Below are positions 54,791 to 62,819 of a stretch of DNA of 64,000 nucleotides, piece by piece. The notes below the pieces were generated by a model, which searched no databases, was not told the DNA's origin, and saw only the letters and a program-made list of their open reading frames with translations. The first letter of the stretch is position 1, and each line of letters opens with the position of its first letter. The DNA comes from Bacillales bacterium UBA5026 (GTDB lineage: Bacteria; Bacillota_I; Bacilli_A; RF39; UBA660): positions 4,288 to 68,287 of the forward strand of contig DICM01000002.1 of assembly GCA_002416285.1 (NCBI GenBank). The letters are read 5' to 3'. The translations under genes and the position numbers were made by a program.

Positions 54791-54816
54791 GGAGCGTTAA
54801 TAACGCTTCTTTTTTT
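54791..54816 (+). terminator. terminator closing the mini-gene
   Basis: GGAGCGTT (54791-98) pairs with AACGCTTC (54802-09) around a 3-nt loop, followed by a T7 run. Confidence 0.75.
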
Positions 54817-54897
54817 GACAAATATTGTGTAAATAGAAAACATATAGTTGCAATCAGAATTTTTATTTGCTATAATTTGTTAAAGGTAGTGAATGAT

Positions 54898-55584
54898 ATG
54901 ATCAAAGATAACAAGTTGAATTTAATAAAAATAGTTATAATTTATTTAATTTATTTTGTTTATACCAGTATTATTGATAGTTTATTACATTTTATTGGAA
55001 TTACAGATGATGTTATTATTTTGTTTATATCTGATCTGTGTTTTTTTCTGGGGATTGTTTTATATTATAAAGAAACAATTCGTAAAAATGTGTATGAATT
55101 TAAGAAAAATTATACAGTAAAAGGGAAAATGATTGTTGTTTTAAAATGGTTTTTTATCATAACAATAATAAATTTTTTGTATGCATCATTTAGTTATCTG
55201 ATACCAGGTTCAAATCCACCTTTGGACGAGAACACTATATCACTTCGTGAAATTGCCAACGTGTCTTCGTTATATATCATTTTTAAAACATTAATTTTTG
55301 CTAGTGTAGCTGAGGAATTATTGTTTAAAAAAGCAATTCGTGATGTTATTCAAAATGATGTACTATTTTGTATTGTTAGTAGTGTTATTTATGCAACAGT
55401 GAACATTATGTATACAAATATCACAATATTTTCTATTGTGGACTTTATCCAATATTTTATATTTGCAATATTGCTGTCTTATTGCTATGTCAAAAATAAG
55501 GATAATATTTTTATCATTATGGTAATAAAATTTGTTTATGCATTGTTTCCGTTGACACTAATGTTATTGGGAGTTGGAGCTTGA
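54898..55584 (+). CDS. CPBP family intramembrane glutamic endopeptidase (CAAX/Abi type)
   Basis: The product is multi-TM. The motif VAEELLFKKAIRD (EExxxR) is present. Start chosen at 54898 after the TGCTATAAT -10 because the track ORF from 54787 crosses the terminator. Confidence 0.75.
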   Translation: MIKDNKLNLIKIVIIYLIYFVYTSIIDSLLHFIGITDDVIILFISDLCFFLGIVLYYKETIRKNVYEFKKNYTVKGKMIVVLKWFFIITIINFLYASFSYLIPGSNPPLDENTISLREIANVSSLYIIFKTLIFASVAEELLFKKAIRDVIQNDVLFCIVSSVIYATVNIMYTNITIFSIVDFIQYFIFAILLSYCYVKNKDNIFIIMVIKFVYALFPLTLMLLGVGA

Positions 55585-55724
55585 TGAAGGTACAAGAGTT
55601 TATTCATTTTTTAGCAGTAGTACAGAAGACATCTGGGAGTTCAAAAAATATGAATATGATTATCATAGCCGTGGTAATCATTTTAATTCTTGTAATAGCC
55701 AGTACTGTCTTTCATAAGAAATGA
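55584..55724 (+). CDS. 46-aa single-TM peptide, start overlapping the CPBP stop
   Basis: The ATG at 55584 overlaps the TGA at 55582-84. The product is MKVQEFIHFLAVVQKTSGSSKNMNMIIIAVVIILILVIASTVFHKK. A hairpin with a T-run follows. Confidence 0.35.
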   Translation: MKVQEFIHFLAVVQKTSGSSKNMNMIIIAVVIILILVIASTVFHKK

Positions 55725-55843
55725 CAGTACTAATTTTAACCAGTGTGCATATACTAACAGTCTATATTTGAGAACTCTAGTGAGTTTCTCTTTTTTTTTA
55801 CTCTTATTTCCTGTATAATAGTTGGAAGAAAGAAGGGATTACG

Positions 55844-57115
55844 ATGTTCATTGATGAAGTCATTGTAGAATTACAGGCCGGCGATGGTGGAAATGGTTGC
55901 ATGGCATTTAGGAGAGAAAAATATATTCCAATGGGTGGTCCTTACGGTGGAAACGGTGGGCATGGTAGCGATATCATTTTTGAAGTCGATGAAGGTTTAA
56001 ACACTTTAATCGATTTGAAATATGCTCGTATTATAAAAGGTAAAAAAGGCGCAAATGGTGAAGGAAAAGCAAAACAAGGTAAAAGTTCTGAAGACGTAGT
56101 TGTGAAAGTACCACTAGGTACGGTTATTACCGATTTGGAAAGTGGACTTATTATTGCTGATTTAACCAAAAAAGGTGATACAGTGGTAGTTGCCGAAGGT
56201 GGTCGTGGCGGTCGTGGTAATATGGCTTTTGCAACACGTACCAATCCAGCTCCAAGCTTTGCTGAAAATGGAGAGCCTGGAGAACGTAAAAAAATTAAAG
56301 TCGAACTAAAATTGCTAGCAGATGTTGGATTAGTTGGAATGCCAAGTGTTGGTAAATCAACATTGATCTCAAGCGTATCAGCCTCTAAACCCAAAATTGC
56401 AAGTTATCATTTTACGACTTTATCGCCTAATCTCGGTGTCGTAAAAGTTCGTGAGGGAAAATCATTTGTAATGGCGGATTTACCAGGATTGATTGAAGGT
56501 GCTTCCTTAGGAGAAGGACTAGGGGATCGTTTCTTAAAACATATTGAAAGAACTAGAGTTATTGCTCATGTGATCGATATGGGAGCAAGTGAAGGAAGAA
56601 ATCCTTATGAAGATTATCAGATTATAAACAAAGAATTGAAAGATTTTAAAGAATCAATTTTAGAAAAACCACAGATTGTTATAGCCAGTAAGATGGATCT
56701 TCCAGATGCTGAAAAGAATTTAGATGAATTTAAGAAAAAGGTTGATGTTCCGGTCTATCCAATTTCTGCAATAGAACATAAAGGTTTAACGGAAGTAATT
56801 AATGCTTTATCCGATAAATTGGATACCATTGAAAAACAACCTCTTTACGAGGAATCAAAATTTGAAAGTCATATTTTGTATCAGTTCCGTAGTGAAAAAC
56901 CTTTCACCATTACAAAAGATGGAGCTGTATATGTTGTTCGCGGGGCAGAAGTTGAAAAATTACTTCGTATGACTCGATTTAGTACGGATGAGGCAGCACT
57001 TCGTTTTGCCAATAAATTAAGAAAAATGGGTATTGATGATGAACTTAGAAAAATGGGTATCGAAGAAGGAGATTATGTTCGTATTCTAGATTATGAGTTT
57101 GAATGGACTGAATAA
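55844..57115 (+). CDS. obg: GTPase Obg/CgtA
   Basis: MFIDEV...GDGGNGCMAFRREKY (Gly-rich Obg fold), G1 GMPSVGKST, DLPGLIEGA, and a C-terminal OCT-like domain. Confidence 0.97.
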   Translation: MFIDEVIVELQAGDGGNGCMAFRREKYIPMGGPYGGNGGHGSDIIFEVDEGLNTLIDLKYARIIKGKKGANGEGKAKQGKSSEDVVVKVPLGTVITDLESGLIIADLTKKGDTVVVAEGGRGGRGNMAFATRTNPAPSFAENGEPGERKKIKVELKLLADVGLVGMPSVGKSTLISSVSASKPKIASYHFTTLSPNLGVVKVREGKSFVMADLPGLIEGASLGEGLGDRFLKHIERTRVIAHVIDMGASEGRNPYEDYQIINKELKDFKESILEKPQIVIASKMDLPDAEKNLDEFKKKVDVPVYPISAIEHKGLTEVINALSDKLDTIEKQPLYEESKFESHILYQFRSEKPFTITKDGAVYVVRGAEVEKLLRMTRFSTDEAALRFANKLRKMGIDDELRKMGIEEGDYVRILDYEFEWTE

Positions 57116-57116
57116 C

Positions 57117-57989
57117 ATGAACGGAATTTTATGTATTGATAAACCGGCAGAAATTACCAGTCGTGATGTTGTAAATAAAGTGAGTAAATATTTACATACA
57201 AAAAAAATTGGGCATACTGGAACGCTAGATCCACTTGCAACTGGAGTATTAGTTTTATGTATTGGAAATTGTTCTAAATTAGCAGAATTAATTACAGCAA
57301 CTAAAAAAACATATATTGCTGAGGTAATGCTAGGAATGGAAACAGATACTTTAGATAATACTGGAACGATATTAAAAGAAGAAACAGTGAACTTAAAAAA
57401 AGAGCAAATTGAATCTGTGTTAAATTCTTTTCTCGGTACTTATAATCAACAAGTACCTGCTTATTCAGCTGTGAAAAAAAATGGAAAAAAGCTTTATGAA
57501 TATGCTAGAGAAGGGATTGTTGTAGATTTGCCAAGTAGATCTGTGACAATTGAACAGATTGAATTAGTAACTGGTCCAATTTTAGAAAACGGCAAAACAA
57601 AATTTACGTTCAAAGCAACTGTTAGTAAGGGAACTTATATACGAAGTTTAATTCGTGATATTGCGAATCAACTTGGTACTGTTGGTGTTATGACGAACTT
57701 AAGAAGAGTGATGCAAGGTGAATTTACTTTACATGATTGTTATCAATTAGAAGAAATAGAGAATAATAACTATATATTGACTTCAAAAGAGGAAGTTTTT
57801 AAGGAATTTTCTAAAATAAAAATGGATGAATTATTAGAAGAAAAAGTGCGGAATGGTGCATTATTAGAAAACGAGTATGGTAGTGAACCTATTTTGTTCA
57901 CTGATTCAAAAGAGCAAATTATTGCAATTTATAAGCTTTATGAGAAAGATAACAATTATATTAAACCGTGGAAAACCTTCTTTTCATAA
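57117..57989 (+). CDS. truB: tRNA pseudouridine(55) synthase
   Basis: MNGILCIDKP...IGHTGTLDPLATGVLVLCIG...YSAVKKNGKKLYEYAR. Confidence 0.93.
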   Translation: MNGILCIDKPAEITSRDVVNKVSKYLHTKKIGHTGTLDPLATGVLVLCIGNCSKLAELITATKKTYIAEVMLGMETDTLDNTGTILKEETVNLKKEQIESVLNSFLGTYNQQVPAYSAVKKNGKKLYEYAREGIVVDLPSRSVTIEQIELVTGPILENGKTKFTFKATVSKGTYIRSLIRDIANQLGTVGVMTNLRRVMQGEFTLHDCYQLEEIENNNYILTSKEEVFKEFSKIKMDELLEEKVRNGALLENEYGSEPILFTDSKEQIIAIYKLYEKDNNYIKPWKTFFS

Positions 57990-58119
57990 TCTATCTTAAG
58001 AGTGTAGCGATACACTTTTTTTGTTTCAGTTTCTTGTTGAAATGCAATCATTATGATACAATATAAAAGAATAGGAATGCTAGAGATAAGCATACTAAAT
58101 AGTAGGATTGGGAGATTAT

Positions 58120-59667
58120 ATGAAAAAAGGATTTACACTAATTGAATTATTAGCAGTCATTGTTATTTTAGCAATCATTGCCCTTATTGCAACACCAATG
58201 ATTTTAGGAGTAATTGACAGTGCGAAAAAAGGTGCTGCTGAAAGTAGTACTTATGGTTATATTGACGCAATTGAAAAAAGTGATTTAAAAGGTATGATTG
58301 AGACTGGAGATTATTCGACAAAAAAAGACGGTACTTATGATTTAAGTACTCTTACGAATGTTGCTTATAAAGGCACTGCTCCAACTGCTGTTTGTGTAGT
58401 TATGAAAGATGGAAGTGTAGAGAGTGGTTCTTTTAAGTTTGATCAATATGTTGTCGATTATCAAAATGGAAAAGCGAAAGTAAATAGAGAAAAGACAGAA
58501 GTGAATTGTGATCCTACTGTGGAAAAAACAATATTTGATGAAACGAAAGGTGTAAATGTTCCACAATTAAGTAAAGGAATGACGCCAATTAAATGGAATG
58601 GGACAACATGGGTTGATACGAGCGAGAGTGATACAGATTGGTATAGTTATGGAACAACCACGGAAACAAAGAATTGGGCTAATGCTAGAACAGCAGATGG
58701 AAGTATGTGGGTATGGATACCAAGATATATTTATAAGATAACTTCAGGGTGGCATTCGGCAACGACTGGAACAATAGAAATACAATTTACAAAAAATATA
58801 GATGATAATTGGAATTCATCTGTAATAGGGAATATTGATAACAGCACAGGTGCGAGCGCATCAAACAACAAGTGGACCAATCATCCAACATTTACATTTG
58901 GTGATGATGAGGTTACTGGTATTTGGGTAGCAAAATTTGTAGCGAGTGGTACGACAAGTGCTATCGATATAAAACCAAATGTTGCATCCTTGAGAAGCGT
59001 AACGATAGGAACTATTTTTGATGCTAGTCGTAGCATGGAAACAAATGAGAGATACGGATGGGGAGCAACCGGAAACGGTATAGATACGCATCTTATGAAA
59101 AATGTAGAGTGGGGAGCAGTCGCATATTTATCGAAATCAGTATATGGAAAAGATACTGAAGTTTGGAATAATTCTAACAGTGCATTTAAAACAGGATGTG
59201 CGGGAAGTTCTGTAAATGTTGCTAATGAAACACTATGTAATGAATATCATACAACTCTAGGGGTAAATGCTTCAACTACAGGAACGATATATGGAATCTA
59301 TGACATGAGCGGTGGAACATATGAATATCTAGCAGCGTATGTAAATAATGGTAATGCGAATTTGACAACGAATGGATTGAACATTATGAATGCACCGTCA
59401 AAATATAAAGATGTATATCAGAACTACGCATCAACCGTAAATAATAAAGGTGACGCGATATGGGAAATTAGTTCGGCAGCAACTGGTGGTACTTCTTGGT
59501 ATGCAGACTTTTCATATATGCCAGACGGAAGTATTCCATGGTTTGCACGAGGAGGTTATTATACAGATACTTCTAATGCAGGAGTATTTGCCCTTGGTCG
59601 TAGAGAAGGTAGTGCAATTAATTATGTTGGATTCCGACCAGTACTCTTAGTGGGTGAAGGATTGTAA
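58120..59667 (+). CDS. pilin-like protein: prepilin-type N-terminal cleavage/methylation segment + large C-terminal SUMF1/FGE-like (C-type-lectin fold) domain
   Basis: MKKG|FTLIELLAVIVILAIIALIATP is a class III signal. C-terminal motifs are HLMKNVEWGAVAYLS, YGIYDMSGGTYEYL and WFARGGYY...NYVGFRPVLLV. GGGAG RBS. Confidence 0.7.
   Translation: MKKGFTLIELLAVIVILAIIALIATPMILGVIDSAKKGAAESSTYGYIDAIEKSDLKGMIETGDYSTKKDGTYDLSTLTNVAYKGTAPTAVCVVMKDGSVESGSFKFDQYVVDYQNGKAKVNREKTEVNCDPTVEKTIFDETKGVNVPQLSKGMTPIKWNGTTWVDTSESDTDWYSYGTTTETKNWANARTADGSMWVWIPRYIYKITSGWHSATTGTIEIQFTKNIDDNWNSSVIGNIDNSTGASASNNKWTNHPTFTFGDDEVTGIWVAKFVASGTTSAIDIKPNVASLRSVTIGTIFDASRSMETNERYGWGATGNGIDTHLMKNVEWGAVAYLSKSVYGKDTEVWNNSNSAFKTGCAGSSVNVANETLCNEYHTTLGVNASTTGTIYGIYDMSGGTYEYLAAYVNNGNANLTTNGLNIMNAPSKYKDVYQNYASTVNNKGDAIWEISSAATGGTSWYADFSYMPDGSIPWFARGGYYTDTSNAGVFALGRREGSAINYVGFRPVLLVGEGL
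58126..58196 (+). repeat. 71-nt shared pilin 5' module, copy 1
   Basis: 68/71 positions are identical to 59837-59907. Confidence 0.9.
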
Positions 59668-59685
59668 TTAAAAATATCTATTCTT

Positions 59686-59711
59686 AAAAGGGACACACTA
59701 GTGTTCTTTTT
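59686..59711 (+). terminator. terminator of pilin-like gene 1
   Basis: AAGGGACAC pairs with GTGTTCTTT around the loop ACTA, followed by T's. It has the same design as 60738-60762. Confidence 0.65.
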
Positions 59712-59830
59712 ATATATTAAAATTATATTTTAATAATCAGAAAATTTAGATATATGGAACTCCTATAGTACTGCTTGACAAAAAGATTCATAATATTTAT
59801 ACTTATTCTTGAATGATAGGAGATATAGAA

Positions 59831-60715
59831 ATGAGAAAAGGATTTACGTTAATTGAATTATTAGCAGTCATTGTTATTTTAGCAGTCATTGCCCTTATTG
59901 CAACACCGCTTGTTATGCATGTTATAGACGATTCTAAAAAAGCAGCATTAAAGGATAGTGCTTACGGTGTTTTAGAAGCGGCTTCTCTATATTATGTAAG
60001 AAATTCAGAAGATATTTCTGTAAAAGAATTCACATTGGAAGATGGTAAATTTGTCAGTGATGAAGAAACTTTAGCAGTGAAAGGAAAACTCTCTGGAACA
60101 GGTAATTTGATTATTACGAAAAATGGAGAACTTACATTGTGTCTCAACAGTGACAATAATTATGCATATAAAAATTATGATACATCGGTTGTTACTACTG
60201 GTTCAGGGGACGTTTGTAAAATTGAAAATAATTTCTTGATTAATAAATATGTTTCCTATTTAGCAAGTAATGGAAGTAGCATTGATGGTTATTATACAAA
60301 AGAACAAATCAATGAGTTATTAGACAACTATGTTTCTAAAGATAGTATTGACGAGTACATTGGCAATAACACTGCCGTTGGAGAAATATATACCAAATCC
60401 AATACCATTAATATTGCTGTGAAAGGTGCAATGACATCTGTTCCAACAGCAACTTGGACGATACCAGCAGGTACATGGGTGATTGATTTTGAGTTTAATG
60501 ATGTCAATACGGGAACGGGAATATGGGCTTTTAATTTTGGCACGTTAGGAATATTAGATGCTTTTTGGAAAGCATCTGGGGACTATTATCCTACACATTT
60601 TACATGGGTAAAAACATACGAAACAGAAACAACAGGAAATTTTAATTATTATCAACAACTATCAGCAGCTGCTAGAAATGTTACATTTAATATGACCGCA
60701 GTTAGAATTAAATAA
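59831..60715 (+). CDS. pilin-like protein 2: the same N-terminal module + unrelated beta-rich C-terminal domain
   Basis: MRKG|FTLIELLAVIVILAVIALIATP. AGGAG RBS. The C-terminal 150 aa are rich in T/N/G/Y/W. Confidence 0.7.
   Translation: MRKGFTLIELLAVIVILAVIALIATPLVMHVIDDSKKAALKDSAYGVLEAASLYYVRNSEDISVKEFTLEDGKFVSDEETLAVKGKLSGTGNLIITKNGELTLCLNSDNNYAYKNYDTSVVTTGSGDVCKIENNFLINKYVSYLASNGSSIDGYYTKEQINELLDNYVSKDSIDEYIGNNTAVGEIYTKSNTINIAVKGAMTSVPTATWTIPAGTWVIDFEFNDVNTGTGIWAFNFGTLGILDAFWKASGDYYPTHFTWVKTYETETTGNFNYYQQLSAAARNVTFNMTAVRIK
59837..59907 (+). repeat. 71-nt shared pilin 5' module, copy 2
   Basis: 68/71 positions are identical to 58126-58196. Confidence 0.9.
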
Positions 60716-60737
60716 TATATAGAAATCATTTGAGTAA

Positions 60738-60762
60738 TAAGGACACTTTGTGTTCTTTTTTG
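60738..60762 (+). terminator. terminator of pilin-like gene 2
   Basis: AAGGACAC pairs with GTGTTCTT around the loop TTT, followed by a T-run. Confidence 0.65.
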
Positions 60763-60866
60763 TTAATATTTTAATTTTCTTCTCAATTTCACTAAACCTA
60801 CATATTAAAATGATTAGATTCCTTGTTCAACTACTATAAATATTGTATAATGAGCATGGTGATTAT

Positions 60867-61994
60867 ATGATATATTTAGACTATTCAGCGACAACACCAG
60901 TTAGAAAAGAAGTATTAGAAAGTTTTGAAAAGACATGTTTAGAATATGTTGGAAACTCGAACTCTCTTCATTCTTTAGGTGTCGCATCTCATCAATTAGA
61001 GACCTCAGCAACAATTCAAATTGCAAATTTACTCGGTGTAAAACCAGAGGAAATCATTTATACAAGTGGTGCCAGTGAATCAAATAATCTTGCAATAAAA
61101 GGAATTGCAATGCAATATCAAAATAGAGGAAAACATATTATTACAACTAATTTAGAACATTCTTCCATTTATGGACCGTTCACTTATTTGCAAAAACAGG
61201 GATTTGAGATTTCCATTGTAGAAGCAAATGATGATGGTATTATCGATCTAAAAACATTGCAAAAAATGATCCGACCAGATACAATTTTAGTTAGTATCGC
61301 ATCAGTCAACAGTGAAACAGGACTGAGACAACCAGTTGAGGAAATAGGGAAAATTTTAAAGCAATACGAAAAATGTTTCTTTCACGTGGATATTACACAA
61401 AGTTTAGGAAAAGTAGACGTCTCTCTTGAAAATATTGATCTAGCAAGTTTCTCTGCTCATAAGTTTTATGGATTAAAAGGGATTGGTTGCCTAATTAAAA
61501 AGGAAAAAATAATAGTAGAACCACTGATTCATGGTGGAAAAAGTACAACACCTTTTCGCAGTGGAACCCCAGCTTTACCTTTGATTGTATCTTTAGCAAA
61601 AGCTCTCCGTTTAAGTTTAGAAGAAGAAACGGAAGCCCTTTTGAATATAAAAGAACTATGTCAAAAATTAATAACTAAATTATCGAAATATCCAGATGTT
61701 ACAATCAATCATAATGAATATTGCATTCCACATATATTAAATATCAGTACCTTATTAATAAAACCAGAAACAATGTTACATGCATTAGAAGAACATGATA
61801 TTTTTATCTCTACACAGAGTGCATGTTCTAGTAATCATAGTGAAAGTAGAGCTGTTCTTGAATTAACAAAAAACCATAGTTGTGCAGAACATAGTCTTAG
61901 AATCAGTTTATCTGGTTTTACAACTAATTCCGAAATTGATACCTTTTTAGAATGTTTTGATACCTGTTATCATAATTTAAAAATACGTTCATGA
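60867..61994 (+). CDS. cysteine desulfurase (class V aminotransferase, NifS/IscS-like)
   Basis: MIYLDYSATTP...NSLHS...GASESNN...SAHKFYGLKG (PLP Lys)...STQSACSS (active Cys). TTGTATAAT -10 upstream. Confidence 0.9.
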   Translation: MIYLDYSATTPVRKEVLESFEKTCLEYVGNSNSLHSLGVASHQLETSATIQIANLLGVKPEEIIYTSGASESNNLAIKGIAMQYQNRGKHIITTNLEHSSIYGPFTYLQKQGFEISIVEANDDGIIDLKTLQKMIRPDTILVSIASVNSETGLRQPVEEIGKILKQYEKCFFHVDITQSLGKVDVSLENIDLASFSAHKFYGLKGIGCLIKKEKIIVEPLIHGGKSTTPFRSGTPALPLIVSLAKALRLSLEEETEALLNIKELCQKLITKLSKYPDVTINHNEYCIPHILNISTLLIKPETMLHALEEHDIFISTQSACSSNHSESRAVLELTKNHSCAEHSLRISLSGFTTNSEIDTFLECFDTCYHNLKIRS

Positions 61995-62554
61995 AAAAGA
62001 ATCAATTAGTAAAAGAGCAGTTGAATGTTGTTGAAGGAAAAACAATTACTGATTTAGATTTGGAATATGAAAATAATTGGTTTGATCATTGTGTATTTCA
62101 GAATGAAGGAAGTTTATCTTTTTATCAATGTAAATTCATCGGATGTGATTTTTCCAATGGTCAATTTTCGAACAGTCATATGTTATTTTGTGAATTTGAA
62201 GAATGCCGTTTCTTAGGTACCGATCTATCAACAACAGGATTAAAAGATATCATCTTTAAAGATTGTACAATGCAATATATGAATTTGAATAATAGTATTT
62301 TAACAAGAGTAAACTTTAATAACTGTGATTTAAAGAATGCCGCTTTAGAGGGAATTGAATTTAAAAAACTAGTCTTTGATGAGTGCAATTTAATAGATAC
62401 AGAGTGGTTGGGAACAAAGATGTCTGGACTCGATGTTTCAACCTGTCAGGTATCTAATTTCTTCGCATCAGCAGAAGATCTATCAGGACTTATTATTGAT
62501 GCTTCTCAGTCGCTAGAATTTATCGCATTTTTAAAAATAAAAATAAAGGAGTGA
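61991..62554 (+). CDS. pentapeptide-repeat protein
   Basis: Successive A(D/N)LxX-type quintets (CDFSNGQFSNSHMLFCEFEECRFLGTDLSTTGL...NFNNCDLKNAALEGIEF...). ATGA overlap with the desulfurase gene. Confidence 0.85.
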   Translation: MKKNQLVKEQLNVVEGKTITDLDLEYENNWFDHCVFQNEGSLSFYQCKFIGCDFSNGQFSNSHMLFCEFEECRFLGTDLSTTGLKDIIFKDCTMQYMNLNNSILTRVNFNNCDLKNAALEGIEFKKLVFDECNLIDTEWLGTKMSGLDVSTCQVSNFFASAEDLSGLIIDASQSLEFIAFLKIKIKE

Positions 62555-62558
62555 AATT

Positions 62559-62819
62559 ATGAAGTGTATTCGTATCAGTGCTGTATGGTGTCCGTCTTGT
62601 CTTGTGACTTATAAAAACTGGACTCTCGCTCAAGAAAGTTTTACTAATATTGAATTTGAAGAACAGGATTATGATTTTTTATCTGATGAAGAACAATTGG
62701 AAATAGGTGATTTATTACCAGTTTATATTTTGAAAGATCATGACCATGTAGTCAGTATTTTAAAAGGAGAGAAGAGCAAAGATCAAATTGTTGCTTTTCT
62801 AAGTGAGGGGTCACGATGA
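62559..62819 (+). CDS. small cytoplasmic thioredoxin-fold protein (WCPSC)
   Basis: 86 aa. AVWCPSC is the CxxC motif. There is no signal peptide. AAGGAG RBS. Confidence 0.6.
   Translation: MKCIRISAVWCPSCLVTYKNWTLAQESFTNIEFEEQDYDFLSDEEQLEIGDLLPVYILKDHDHVVSILKGEKSKDQIVAFLSEGSR

Noticed and set aside
54787-54897. N-terminal extension of the CPBP ORF from the GTG at 54787.
   Set aside because: The extension reads through a strong terminator (54791-54816) and the TGCTATAAT -10. The ATG at 54898 is the sensible start.
55942-56394. 150-aa minus-strand ORF inside obg. Similar antisense ORFs occur at 29413-29697, 20206-20484, 21963-22154, 31382-31670, 60328-60543, 58342-58566, 58861-59091, 63075-63363, 38617-38805, 16258-16592 and 12340-13263.
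   Set aside because: All lie antisense to, or in alternative frames within, strongly supported conserved genes. They have a low-complexity Ser/Pro/Phe-rich composition typical of the reverse frame and no RBS.
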